A stretch of 55,151 nt of DNA from a virus (taxonomy: Duplodnaviria > Heunggongvirae > Uroviricota > Caudoviricetes): positions 1-55,151 of the IMG/VR virus record IMGVR_UViG_3300047392_000113; one strand, 5' to 3'. Positions 32,395 to 43,090 of the stretch are shown one piece after another. The position numbers and the translations under genes were made by a program. Within the stretch, counting starts at the first letter, position 1; each line of letters begins with the position of its first letter. Under the pieces are notes generated by a model. It worked only from the letters and a program-made list of their open reading frames with translations. It searched no databases and had not been told where the DNA came from.

Positions 32395-34971
32395 ATGGCA
32401 ACTTCAGCGCTATTGAAGTCTCCTCTTCACAATTCTGTTGCTCAGGCGTTATACGATGAGATTCAGAATAGAAATGCGAGATACTACTACTTTTTAGGTA
32501 GAACATTGCAGTGGGATGATGACACATCCCCTCCATATCCTATCGATAGTTTTGCATACGAGGAAGCAACTCGTAACGAGATTATCACCCTAAAAGAAAT
32601 CAAATCAACCGATGTTGCATTCGTAACAAATCGTGTTGATTGGGTTTCTGGTCAAATTTGGGATATGTATGATGACCAATATAGCGATGAAGTTCAAGGT
32701 GTCAATTTAATTTCTGGTGGATATGGTTACTCAGATCCTCCTACTGTTACTATTTCTGGTGGCGGTGGTACTGGTGCTGTAGCTGTTCCAACCATTTCAG
32801 ATGGCGTTATTATTTCCATCGATATGGTTAATCGTGGCAGAGGATATACTTCTACACCAACAGTAACTATTTCTGGTGGTGGCGGTGAAGGTGCAAATGC
32901 AACAGCTAATGTTAAAATTGCATACTCTGGTGCACAAAGATCAGAAGATATTAGATGCTTAGTTATGACAGACGATTATAACGTCTATAAATGCTTGGAC
33001 AATAACAATAACGCAATCTCCACATATAAACCAATCGGTACTGTTGTAGATCCAGTTATTATGCCAGATGGATATATGTGGAAATACTTGTATAGTATTC
33101 CAATCGCTCTACGTAATAAATTCTTGACTGACGTTTACATGCCAGTTGTTAACTCTTTACGTGGACAGTTTTATTCTGGTGGTGAAATTCTTAACGTTGT
33201 TTTAGAAAATAATGGACAGAATTACACATATGCCAACATTATTGTTGCTGGTGATGGATATAGATCTAGCGATCCACTAGTTTTACAGAACGTGCAAATT
33301 AGTGCTGCTGGAACTGGCTATACTAGTGGTGCAACTTGCACTATTGAACCACCAGTTTCTGGTGCTAACGTATGGGTTAATGGTGTTGGTATTCTTGCAG
33401 GACAGCGAGTTGAATACAACAATAACTTATATGAAGCTACTATGTCTGGAACAATGGCTTCACCTGCTCCGACACACAAATCTGGAATCGTTGCAAACGG
33501 TACAGCTGCATTGAAATATGTTGGTACTCGTGCTACTGGTACAGTTGTTACTAGTGGTGGACAAGTTACAGGTATTACACTTAACGGATCAATTTATGAT
33601 ATTTTGATCACTAACCCTGGATCTGGATATACATCAGCACCTACGGTTTCCTTAAGTGGTGGCAGTGGTTCTAGTTTCGTTGGTGCATCTGTGATGCGTG
33701 GTACTGGTGTTGCTAGAGTTTCTATCTTAGATTCTGGTAACAACTACACTAGCGTTCCTACTGTTGTTTTTGGTACTCCATGGACAGCATCTACTGCATA
33801 TACGGTTGGTCAGCAAATTTATGCATCTAATCGTTTGTATACAGTTACAACTGCTGGAACGACTAGTGCTACTGCACCAACTCACGTAACTGGTGCTGCT
33901 ACAAATGGAACTGCAACTCTTACATATGTTGGTTCTCCAGCTACTGGCACAGCCTCTTTAAAATATGGTTCTGGTTACTCTGTTTTACCAGCAATCACTA
34001 TTGCAGCAACTTCTGGTGGATCTGGCGCTAAAGCATACTTCGTTGGTGTTAAGTCAGAAGCTAAGTTGATCCCAATTCTTTCAAATGGCCAAATTACTGG
34101 TGTTCAGATTGATGACGGTGGCACTGGATATACTTACGCTAACATCAGCGTTACTGGTGATGGTAATAGTGCATCTTTGAGAGCCGATCTTTCTCCAGGT
34201 GATATTAATACACTACAAGCTAATACAGAATTATTAACTGTAGATGGTAGAATTATGGCGTATGACGTCGTTTCTGGTGGTTACGGTTATGGCACAAACC
34301 CCACAGTGACTATTACTGGAGATGGCTCAGGAGCAACTGCTCATGCTGTTGTTGTTGGTGGTGCTATTAAGAAAATTGTAGTAGATACATACGGGCAAAA
34401 TTATCGTTGGGCTGATGTAACAGTAACTGGTGGTGGTTTTGGTGCTAAGGTTAGAGCCATTATGTCTCCTTATGGTGGCCATGGTAAAGACCCTATTGTT
34501 GGTTCTTTTGCAAGAACACTAATGTTCTACACTAATATTTCGAAAGATACAAATCAGGGATTTGATGTTAACAACGACTTCCGTCAGTTGGGTATTATTA
34601 AAAATCCTAGACAATATGGTTCATATGGAAACCTTAAGAGTTCTTTAGCGTCAGCTTGCTACGTTTTAATCGGCTCTGTTTCTGATTCGTTTACGCCTGA
34701 TATGTTAATTAGATTAGGTGATGCGAATGGACCACGCTTTAGAATTGTGTCAAAAACTAGCACAGGTATGTTAGTACAATCTATTGATAATGCTGTGCCG
34801 CAAACAGGTAACATTTTCTTAAATCCTAGCTCCGTGACATTCTCTGCTTCTGGAGTTACTCCTCCAACAGCAGATAAATATTCTGGTCATCTACTGTTTA
34901 TTGACAACAAACAAGCGTTTACACCAACAGCAGATCAGACAGTTACATTAAGAACTGTCATTAAGTTCTAA
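32395..34971 (+). CDS. gp8: baseplate wedge subunit with large decorative insertions
   Basis: YYYFLGR, VMTDDYNVYKCLDNN, DGYMWKYLYSI, NNDFRQLGIIKNP. Confidence 0.85.
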   Translation: MATSALLKSPLHNSVAQALYDEIQNRNARYYYFLGRTLQWDDDTSPPYPIDSFAYEEATRNEIITLKEIKSTDVAFVTNRVDWVSGQIWDMYDDQYSDEVQGVNLISGGYGYSDPPTVTISGGGGTGAVAVPTISDGVIISIDMVNRGRGYTSTPTVTISGGGGEGANATANVKIAYSGAQRSEDIRCLVMTDDYNVYKCLDNNNNAISTYKPIGTVVDPVIMPDGYMWKYLYSIPIALRNKFLTDVYMPVVNSLRGQFYSGGEILNVVLENNGQNYTYANIIVAGDGYRSSDPLVLQNVQISAAGTGYTSGATCTIEPPVSGANVWVNGVGILAGQRVEYNNNLYEATMSGTMASPAPTHKSGIVANGTAALKYVGTRATGTVVTSGGQVTGITLNGSIYDILITNPGSGYTSAPTVSLSGGSGSSFVGASVMRGTGVARVSILDSGNNYTSVPTVVFGTPWTASTAYTVGQQIYASNRLYTVTTAGTTSATAPTHVTGAATNGTATLTYVGSPATGTASLKYGSGYSVLPAITIAATSGGSGAKAYFVGVKSEAKLIPILSNGQITGVQIDDGGTGYTYANISVTGDGNSASLRADLSPGDINTLQANTELLTVDGRIMAYDVVSGGYGYGTNPTVTITGDGSGATAHAVVVGGAIKKIVVDTYGQNYRWADVTVTGGGFGAKVRAIMSPYGGHGKDPIVGSFARTLMFYTNISKDTNQGFDVNNDFRQLGIIKNPRQYGSYGNLKSSLASACYVLIGSVSDSFTPDMLIRLGDANGPRFRIVSKTSTGMLVQSIDNAVPQTGNIFLNPSSVTFSASGVTPPTADKYSGHLLFIDNKQAFTPTADQTVTLRTVIKF

Positions 34972-35002
34972 TAAATAAGAAATAACATAGAAGAGTAAAA
35001 GA

Positions 35003-38000
35003 ATGATTGATTTCAACACAGAACCGTATAATGACGACTACGACGAGAATAAAAAATTCTATCGTATTCTCTATCGTCCTTCGTTCGCTGTACAGGCTCG
35101 TGAACTTACTCAGATGCAGACTCTGCTACAAAAGCAGATTTCTCGTCATGGTAGCGCTGTATTCAAACAAGGCGCAATGGTTATCCCAGGACAGTGCTCT
35201 GTTGAGACAGTAACACAGCCAGGACAAGGTGCTGACTACGTTAAGCTACAAGTTAGCTATAATGGTGTAGCGGTTCAAACATTTATTTCTGCGCTGCAGG
35301 GTGCAACCATTATTAGTAGCAGTGGAGTAACTGCTACTATTATTAAAGCAGAGGACGCAGAGGGAACAGATCCTACTACTCTTTACGTTCGTTATACTAG
35401 TGGTGGCACTAATAACACAACTAAGACATTCTCTAATAACGAAGTTATCCATACTGCAGATGGAATCTATTATTTTCAAGCTGCTGCAACAGATGCGACT
35501 GGTAAGGGATCTCTAGCAACTATTCAGCGTGGTGTTTATTACATCAACGATCATTTCTGTTTGGTTGAAGATCAGGCTATCGTTCTAGACAAATACACCA
35601 ACACTCCTTCTTACCGTATTGGTTTATCTGTTAGTGAAGGTATTATTACTCCAGAACAAGACGAAACATTATTAGACAATGCACAAAATAGCTACAACTT
35701 TGCTGCTCCAGGTGCGCATCGTTACTATATTGAACTAACACTAACTAAACTTTCTCCAGATTCTACCAGCGACTTAAACTTCATCGAACTAATTCGTGTT
35801 GATGATGGTAGAATTAAGACTATCATCGACAAGACTGAATACTCTTTACTTGGAGATGAATTGGCTCGTCGTACATACGATGAATCTGGTGATTATACTG
35901 TTCGTGATTTCGCAATCGACATTCGTGAACACCGCAACAACAATCGTGGTCAATGGTTACAAAACACTGCGTATATTTCTGGTGATGTAGTGACTAACGG
36001 TGGTCAAATTTATGTTGCTAAAACTACAGGTTCTTCTGTAACAACTGCACCTGTTCATACTACAGGTACTGCATATGATGGTCCAGGTTCTACTGGTATT
36101 AAGTGGGAATGGACAGACTCTCCTGTATATAATCGTGGTATCTATCGCCCAGAAAATGGTGGAGATGAATCTAAACTTGCTATTGGTTTAGAGCCAGGAA
36201 AAGCATATGTGCGTGGTTATGAAATCCAGAAGGATTCTACTACATACATTGCTGTTGACAAGGCACGTGACTACGATCAACAAATAGCTGCAATTATTCA
36301 ACCTACTGCTGGTAACTATATCCTAGTTACCAACGTTAATAACTTGCCTCCAATCGATACATATGACACAGTTAAGTTATATGATCAAGTTACTAGCACT
36401 TCAGTTGGTACTGCGGTTGGTAACCAAGTTGGTACTGCTCGAATTCGTTTTATGGAATGGGCTAGTGGTGCGTCATATGGTTCTACTGCGGTTTATAAAT
36501 TAGGTTTGTTTGATATTCAAATGAATGCTGGTAAAGATTTTAACCGAACAGTTAAATCTTTCTATTACAACGTGAGTGGAGATTCAAACTTATCTTTCAC
36601 TGCAGACATTAACCCAGTTGCAACTGCATTAATCGGTTCTATTACTGCTGCTACTGGTACTGTTACTGGTACTGGTACATCATTCCAGACTGATCTAACT
36701 TCTGGAGATTATGTTCTTGTTGATGGAGTTATGTATCGTGTTACAGCTACACCGTCTTCACAGAACGCATTGACACTAAACACTGGTACATTTACTGGTA
36801 AAGCATACTCTCTAGCTACTACACAGCTAGTTGAGACACAAAATTCTGGTATGGTATTCTCATTACCAAATTATGCTATCCGTTCTAACAGATCAGCGGG
36901 AACATCTGGTGTCAACAATACAACTTATGTTTGCTACCAAAAGTTTACACAGAACGCTTCTGGTGTATCTTTATCTCTAAGCACTTCTGGCACATTTATG
37001 CCAGCTTCTGGTATCACAAACTATATTGTGGTAGATAACGACGTTGCAGTTGGTGGTGCTGTTATTCAGCCAGTTAGCATCGTACCGTTAGGTTCTTCTG
37101 TTACTATCACTCTACCATCAGCGCAATCTGGTCACTCAATGACAGTTATTGCAGCAGTTCAGCGTAATGGTTCTGGTTACGAGAAGAATAAGACCCTAAC
37201 TACTGTAACAGAACAGTTTAACACTGCTTCTCTTGCACAACAAACGTCATTGATTCTCGATAAGGCTGACGTATTCCGTATCACAAGTATTAAGATGGCG
37301 GGTGGTACTGCTTTCCAAGCAACTAATACTACTTTAGCTTCTAACCTATTCACGTTAGATATTTCTGATCGTTTCGATTTCGATAATGGTCAAAGAACTA
37401 CTCACTATGACTGGGGTCGTTTGAATCTAAAACCATCGTTCACAGTTCCAGCTGGTCCAGTTCAAGTAACATATGAATACTTTGAACACAGTGTTGGTGA
37501 CTATTTCGATGTAAACTCTTATAGCACTATTGACTATAACAAGATTCCAGCAGTACTGCGTGACTCTTTGGACTTCCGTCCTCGTGTTGCGAATAAATCT
37601 TCTGGTTCTACTAAAAATTTCATTGGAACAGGTTCTTCTTTAACTTGTGTACCAAAGCGTGGCGAAAACGTATCTTCTGACTACAGCTACTATTACGCTC
37701 GTAAAGATAAAATTGCCGTAGACTTCAACGGTAAGTTCTTCGACATTAAGGGCGTTCCTTCTATTGATCCAGGTGATCCACAAGACCCAGCATTAGGTAT
37801 GGTTCTTTACAGCCTAACACTAGAACCATACACTTACTCTACTAACTCAGTATCTGTTTCTAAAGTAGAAAATAAACGCTACACGATGCGTGATATTGGT
37901 AAACTAGAGAACAGAATTAACAACCTAGAATACTATACATCTCTTTCTCTTCTGGAACAAGAAACTCAGTCTCTGAAGATTACTGACACTAAAGGTCTAG

Positions 38001-41000
38001 ACAGAATGAAGAATGGTTTTATCGTTGATAACTTCAGCGGTAACAATATCGGTAACTCTAAGTCTGTAGATTATTTCTGTTCTGTTGATATGGAGAACAA
38101 CCAGCTTCGCCCATATTACACAATGCATAACGTTAACTTGATCGAGAAAAACTCGAACGATAGTCAACGTACATCTTCTAAGTATCAGTTAAATGGTGAT
38201 ATTATCACTTTACCTATCATTGATACTCCTGTTTTAATTAAACAAGATTACGCTTCTCGTTTAGAAAACATTAACCCATTTGCGATTTATACGTTCTTAG
38301 GTAACGTTTCTATCAACCCGCCTTCTGATGACTGGTTTGAAACTAATCGTTTACCAGATATCGTTCAGCAGTCAGAGGGTAACTACAGTATGATTCGTGA
38401 CTTGGCTATTCGCTCTGGTATTATCGGAGAGGGTGGTTATGGAACAGTTTGGAATCCATGGGAAACAGAATGGATCGGTAAACCAGTAACAGTCGGTAAC
38501 AACAGATATGAATCAGATCGTCGTTATGGCGATGGTGGTGCTGCTCTTGATAATGCTTTCGGTCTTGGACCAGAAGCTCCAGGTTGGGCACACCGTGTAG
38601 TTACAACTGAAGTGCAGGCAACTGCAATCGGACAGTCTCGTACTGGTGTTCGTTCTACTTTACAAACTAAGACTGATTACGAACAAGTTTCAGATCGTAC
38701 AGTTTCAACTGCAGTTATCCCTTACATCCGTTCTAGAAACGTTCTAGTTCAGATCAAAGGTCTAAAACCACAGACTCGTTTCTATGGTTATTTTGATGAT
38801 ATTGATGTTAACTCTTACATCACTCCAGCAACTAAGATTGTATACACTGCAGGAACTGGATCATTTAATACAGATACTAACGTTGGTGGTTCAGCATCTG
38901 AAACTAAGCGTCGTATCTCTGGCGATTCTCAAGTTTGTTTGAATCGTGGTGACGTTATCACTACTTCTAACAACTCTGGTTCTGCCGTTGTTGTAGGTAA
39001 ATCTGTTGATCCAGATACTGGTGCTACAACTCTAGATGTTGTTAACGTTATCGGAACTATCACTAGTGGTCAAACATTCACAGGTTCTATCTCTGGTGCA
39101 ACTGGTACAGCGATTTCTGTTACTACTGCTACTACTTTAGTTACAAATAAGCAGGGTTCGGTTAACTTCTTATTCTTTATTCCAAATACAGACTCTGTAC
39201 GCTTCCGTACTGGTTCTCGTGAATTAAAGTTGATCGATGCTTCTACTTCTACTGGGCAGTGGACTTCTCGTGGTCGTGGTATCTATCGTGCTGAAGGTAT
39301 TTTAGAAACTAAACAAGCTAATATCAACGCTGTTCGTAATGCGGAGATCGTTAAAGAAGTTATTGGTCCAAACGATGATCCAGCAGCTCGCCAAACAATC
39401 TACAGCACTTCTGAACGTGTTGTTTCTGATACAGGTTGGTATGACCCACTTGCTCAATCTTTCTTGGTTCAGCAAAAAGGTGGTGCGTTCTTAACTGGCG
39501 TTGATATTTTCTTTGCTACTAAAGACGATCGCATTCCTGTTACACTAGAAATCCGTGAAATGACGAACGGTACTCCAGGTAAGAATGTTCTTCCATTCAG
39601 CCGTGTTACTCTAGATCCATCTCAAGTTAGTTTGTCTACTAATATGGTAACTATTGGTGGAGATTCTACACAATATCCTAAGTTTGACACACCAACTCGT
39701 TTCAACTTCAAGACTCCAGTTTATGTTCAGGATAATGCTGAATACTGTTTCGTCTTGCAGTCTGACTCTAATAACTACAAGGTGTGGATCTCTCAAGTCG
39801 GCGATGATATTCCAGGAACTTCTGGAAGAACAATCTCTCAGCAACCATATGCTGGTGTAATGTTCAAGTCTCAGAACGCATCTACTTGGACACCAGATCA
39901 AAACCAAGATATTAAGTTTACTATCTACCGTGCGCAGTTCGACACTAGCGTTGTTGGTAATATTGAATTTGTTAATGACGTTCTACCATACGACAATATC
40001 GAACAAGATCCTGTTCAAACAGTTTCTGGTTCTAACACTGTTCGTATATGGCATTATGCCCACGGTATGTATGCAAGTTCTCGTGTAAACATCAAGGGAA
40101 TTTCTTCTGCGATTAATGGTATCCCAGCTGCAGAATTGAATGGTGAACATGTTATCGTTGCTATGGATGCAAACAGCTACACATTCACAACTACTACTAA
40201 TGCTACTTCTAGCGGTTATGGTGGTGGGTCTACTGTTTACGCAACTAGAAATATCACATACGATCTAGTTAACCCATCTATCCAGATGCAAACATTCTCT
40301 GATACTAAAGCTAGCTTTTCTATCAAGACTACTTCTGGTAAAGCTATCGATGGTTCACAGACACCATATGTTGCAGACACATCATTCACACCATGTTTGA
40401 TTAAACAGAACAACATGGTTCAGTCTCCAAGAGTTATCGCTTCTGAGATTAACGAAAACAACTCTATGGGTGGTTCTAAATCTGTAACATTCTCTGCTCA
40501 GATTTCTACTACTAATGATTCGGTGTCACCAGTTATCGATACTGCTCGTGCTAGCTTGGTTGCTGTTTCTAATAAATTGAACTGGCCAACTGAAAGCAAT
40601 ACAAATATTGCTGTGTTAGATCAGAAACAATTATTCACTGGCGCTTCTGGTGCATTTACGTTCACTTCTACTGGTTTCACTTCTACAAACTCTACAGTTC
40701 GTGGTTCTATGGCTGGTATCGGTATCGGACGTTATGTTACTATCGCTTCTGCTACAACAGCAGGTAACACTGGAACATTCCTAGTTACTGGTTATACAGA
40801 TGATGGTACTACTGGAACTATCATTCTTTCTGGATTCAGCGGAACAAGTGAATCTGCTGTTACTGCAACTACAGTCTCTGTTCGTGAACAATTCTTCGAC
40901 GAGATCACCCCAGAAGGTAGTTCTACTATCAGCAAGTACGTAACTGCTCCAGTTAAGTTTGCAAACCCATCTACATACCTACGTGTGAGATTTGCTGCAA

Positions 41001-41266
41001 ACATTCCTTCTGAGTCTGATATTCAAGTCTATTACAAGACTTCTTCTGGTGATACCAAGCAGTTGCAAACCACTAAATATACACTGTTGAACCCAGATTC
41101 TACTTTACCTAAAGTAGAGCTAGGTAATACAGCGTTCTCTGATGTCAACTATACTCTAACAGGTATGGCTGCGTTCGATGGCATTGTTGTTAAGATCGTA
41201 ATGCGTTCTACAAACAGCAGCGCTGTACCACTAATTAAAGACTTACGAATTATCGCTTGCCCGTAA
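35003..41266 (+). CDS. very large virion structural protein (DUF4815/VrlC-like)
   Basis: PYNDDYDENKKFYRILYRP..AVQARELTQMQ, APGAHRY, RRTYDESGDY, DPLAQSF, IKDLRIIA; AATAAATA upstream. Confidence 0.8.
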   Translation: MIDFNTEPYNDDYDENKKFYRILYRPSFAVQARELTQMQTLLQKQISRHGSAVFKQGAMVIPGQCSVETVTQPGQGADYVKLQVSYNGVAVQTFISALQGATIISSSGVTATIIKAEDAEGTDPTTLYVRYTSGGTNNTTKTFSNNEVIHTADGIYYFQAAATDATGKGSLATIQRGVYYINDHFCLVEDQAIVLDKYTNTPSYRIGLSVSEGIITPEQDETLLDNAQNSYNFAAPGAHRYYIELTLTKLSPDSTSDLNFIELIRVDDGRIKTIIDKTEYSLLGDELARRTYDESGDYTVRDFAIDIREHRNNNRGQWLQNTAYISGDVVTNGGQIYVAKTTGSSVTTAPVHTTGTAYDGPGSTGIKWEWTDSPVYNRGIYRPENGGDESKLAIGLEPGKAYVRGYEIQKDSTTYIAVDKARDYDQQIAAIIQPTAGNYILVTNVNNLPPIDTYDTVKLYDQVTSTSVGTAVGNQVGTARIRFMEWASGASYGSTAVYKLGLFDIQMNAGKDFNRTVKSFYYNVSGDSNLSFTADINPVATALIGSITAATGTVTGTGTSFQTDLTSGDYVLVDGVMYRVTATPSSQNALTLNTGTFTGKAYSLATTQLVETQNSGMVFSLPNYAIRSNRSAGTSGVNNTTYVCYQKFTQNASGVSLSLSTSGTFMPASGITNYIVVDNDVAVGGAVIQPVSIVPLGSSVTITLPSAQSGHSMTVIAAVQRNGSGYEKNKTLTTVTEQFNTASLAQQTSLILDKADVFRITSIKMAGGTAFQATNTTLASNLFTLDISDRFDFDNGQRTTHYDWGRLNLKPSFTVPAGPVQVTYEYFEHSVGDYFDVNSYSTIDYNKIPAVLRDSLDFRPRVANKSSGSTKNFIGTGSSLTCVPKRGENVSSDYSYYYARKDKIAVDFNGKFFDIKGVPSIDPGDPQDPALGMVLYSLTLEPYTYSTNSVSVSKVENKRYTMRDIGKLENRINNLEYYTSLSLLEQETQSLKITDTKGLDRMKNGFIVDNFSGNNIGNSKSVDYFCSVDMENNQLRPYYTMHNVNLIEKNSNDSQRTSSKYQLNGDIITLPIIDTPVLIKQDYASRLENINPFAIYTFLGNVSINPPSDDWFETNRLPDIVQQSEGNYSMIRDLAIRSGIIGEGGYGTVWNPWETEWIGKPVTVGNNRYESDRRYGDGGAALDNAFGLGPEAPGWAHRVVTTEVQATAIGQSRTGVRSTLQTKTDYEQVSDRTVSTAVIPYIRSRNVLVQIKGLKPQTRFYGYFDDIDVNSYITPATKIVYTAGTGSFNTDTNVGGSASETKRRISGDSQVCLNRGDVITTSNNSGSAVVVGKSVDPDTGATTLDVVNVIGTITSGQTFTGSISGATGTAISVTTATTLVTNKQGSVNFLFFIPNTDSVRFRTGSRELKLIDASTSTGQWTSRGRGIYRAEGILETKQANINAVRNAEIVKEVIGPNDDPAARQTIYSTSERVVSDTGWYDPLAQSFLVQQKGGAFLTGVDIFFATKDDRIPVTLEIREMTNGTPGKNVLPFSRVTLDPSQVSLSTNMVTIGGDSTQYPKFDTPTRFNFKTPVYVQDNAEYCFVLQSDSNNYKVWISQVGDDIPGTSGRTISQQPYAGVMFKSQNASTWTPDQNQDIKFTIYRAQFDTSVVGNIEFVNDVLPYDNIEQDPVQTVSGSNTVRIWHYAHGMYASSRVNIKGISSAINGIPAAELNGEHVIVAMDANSYTFTTTTNATSSGYGGGSTVYATRNITYDLVNPSIQMQTFSDTKASFSIKTTSGKAIDGSQTPYVADTSFTPCLIKQNNMVQSPRVIASEINENNSMGGSKSVTFSAQISTTNDSVSPVIDTARASLVAVSNKLNWPTESNTNIAVLDQKQLFTGASGAFTFTSTGFTSTNSTVRGSMAGIGIGRYVTIASATTAGNTGTFLVTGYTDDGTTGTIILSGFSGTSESAVTATTVSVREQFFDEITPEGSSTISKYVTAPVKFANPSTYLRVRFAANIPSESDIQVYYKTSSGDTKQLQTTKYTLLNPDSTLPKVELGNTAFSDVNYTLTGMAAFDGIVVKIVMRSTNSSAVPLIKDLRIIACP

Positions 41267-41490
41267 TGGAATATCTGAAGGTTCAAGGACATAGTGGCTT
41301 AGTTAGAGATATCTCTAGCGGAGCCATTATTAATACGAATAAAGCAGAATACCATGAATATATGGAGAGAGTAAGAGCGTCCGAAGAAAAGGAAGCCCTA
41401 CTTTCTCAACATACGGTTGAGATAAATAATATAAAGAATGAGTTGCAAGACATTAAAGTCTTACTACTACAACTCGTCAATAAAGGTTGA
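41266..41490 (+). CDS. small conserved protein with C-terminal coiled coil
   Basis: KVQGHSGLVRDISSGAIINTN; TAATG overlap sets the start at 41266. Confidence 0.7.
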   Translation: MEYLKVQGHSGLVRDISSGAIINTNKAEYHEYMERVRASEEKEALLSQHTVEINNIKNELQDIKVLLLQLVNKG

Positions 41491-41503
41491 CAAAGGATCC
41501 TAA

Positions 41504-42700
41504 ATGGCAAACATTTCAGCACCTTCAATCACGTTAAGAGCTACCAAAGGTAGTCCTTTAACGAATACAGAAGTTGATGCTAACTTTACTAATATTAGTA
41601 ATGCATTACAAACAGGCTTAACCGCAGCTTCTTACACTGCAGCCGACGTTTTAGCTAAACTTATTACTGTCGATGGTTCTGGCTCTGGTCTGGACGCTGA
41701 CCTATTAGACGGTTATACTCAAGATACAGCTAATACCGTTAGTACTATCGTTCGACGTGACGCATCTGGTAACTTTGCAGCGAATAACATCACTGCAGCT
41801 ACGTTTACTGGTACATTTTCTGGTACAGCTGCTATCACTAGCGGTTCTATTACACTAACAACTTCCCTAGCTATTGGTTCTGGCGGTACTGGCGCAACAA
41901 CTGCGGCAGGTGCTCGTTCTACTCTAGGTTTAGTTATTGGCACTGATGTACAGGCTTATGATAAAGAACTAGCTGCTCTAGCCAGCGTAACATCTGCTGC
42001 GGATAAAGTTCCATATTTTACTGGTGACGGAACAGCTGCAGTAGCAGCATATACTGCATACGGAAGAACATTAACTGGTCTTGCTGATGCAGCTGCAGGT
42101 CGTACAGCTCTTGCGTTAGTTATCGGTACGGATGTACAAGGTTATAGCGCTAACTTAACTGCCCTTTCTGGTCTAACTGCTACAACCGACAAAGGTTTGT
42201 ATACTAGAACTGGTGCTGGTACTGCCGTAGTTCGTTCTATTGCTGGTACAACTAGTCGTATCGTAGTGACTAACGGTGATGCGGTCGCAGGAAACCCAAC
42301 TATCGATTTGGGTGCTGACGTCCCTTCACTGTCTGCTAATAATACATTCGCTGGAACTTGTACATTTAACGGTGCAACTACTACCCTAAAAGCGGTTGTA
42401 GCTGATACATTTACACAGGCTTCTGATGCTCGTTTGAAACAAAACATTCAGACAATAAATAATGCGGTAGGCGTTGTTAATGGTCTTAGAGGGGTTTCTT
42501 ACACAAGAGATGGTAAAGAAGAAATTGGTCTTATCGCTCAAGAAGTCGAACTCATTTTACCTCAAGTCGTTTCTACCACAGAAAGCGGTATGAAAGGTAT
42601 CTCATATTCTAACATGGTCGGTTTGTTAGTTGAGGCTATTAAAGAACAACAAAAGACTATTGACGAGCTAAACGCTCGACTAATTAAACTGGAGAATTAA
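41504..42700 (+). CDS. tail fibre with C-terminal intramolecular chaperone (peptidase S74-like)
   Basis: LTNTEVDANF N-terminus; ASDARLKQNI...IGLIAQEVE...LLVEAIKEQQ. Confidence 0.85.
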   Translation: MANISAPSITLRATKGSPLTNTEVDANFTNISNALQTGLTAASYTAADVLAKLITVDGSGSGLDADLLDGYTQDTANTVSTIVRRDASGNFAANNITAATFTGTFSGTAAITSGSITLTTSLAIGSGGTGATTAAGARSTLGLVIGTDVQAYDKELAALASVTSAADKVPYFTGDGTAAVAAYTAYGRTLTGLADAAAGRTALALVIGTDVQGYSANLTALSGLTATTDKGLYTRTGAGTAVVRSIAGTTSRIVVTNGDAVAGNPTIDLGADVPSLSANNTFAGTCTFNGATTTLKAVVADTFTQASDARLKQNIQTINNAVGVVNGLRGVSYTRDGKEEIGLIAQEVELILPQVVSTTESGMKGISYSNMVGLLVEAIKEQQKTIDELNARLIKLEN

Positions 42701-42702
42701 AC

Positions 42703-43077
42703 ATGGCTATTCACGGAGCAACAGGACACAGACGTGCTGATGGAACAGACGTTGTAGACTTATTTTGGAATTACTACGACGCTGGTAACAGAGGTTATAC
42801 TGAACCTAACGCTAACTGCGCTTGGAACTGTGCATGTAACGGTGCTAACTGTAACTGCGGTAACTGCGACGCTGCTGACTTGGGTTGGGGTGCTACTACT
42901 GATCGTCGTATCAACATCTTCCGTAACACTTCTATCGGTGCTGCTGTTTCTGGTTCTACTGACGGTATCCGTCACGATAACCAAGATAACACAATGGGTG
43001 GTTTCCAGTGGTATAGAACAAACTGCAACTGTAACTGCGCTTGCAACTGCAACTGTAACTGCGCTTGCAACTGCTAA
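42703..43077 (+). CDS. Asn-Cys-repeat protein (15 Cys in 124 aa), candidate radical-SAM substrate
   Basis: GGAG RBS; NCAWNCACNGANCNCGNC internally and NCNCNCACNCNCNCACNC at the C-terminus. Confidence 0.85.
   Translation: MAIHGATGHRRADGTDVVDLFWNYYDAGNRGYTEPNANCAWNCACNGANCNCGNCDAADLGWGATTDRRINIFRNTSIGAAVSGSTDGIRHDNQDNTMGGFQWYRTNCNCNCACNCNCNCACNC
43021..43074 (+). repeat. 24-nt tandem repeat encoding NCNCNCAC
   Basis: AACTGCAACTGTAACTGCGCTTGC twice, then AACTGC. Confidence 0.9.
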
Positions 43078-43090
43078 TTGAGGAAACATA

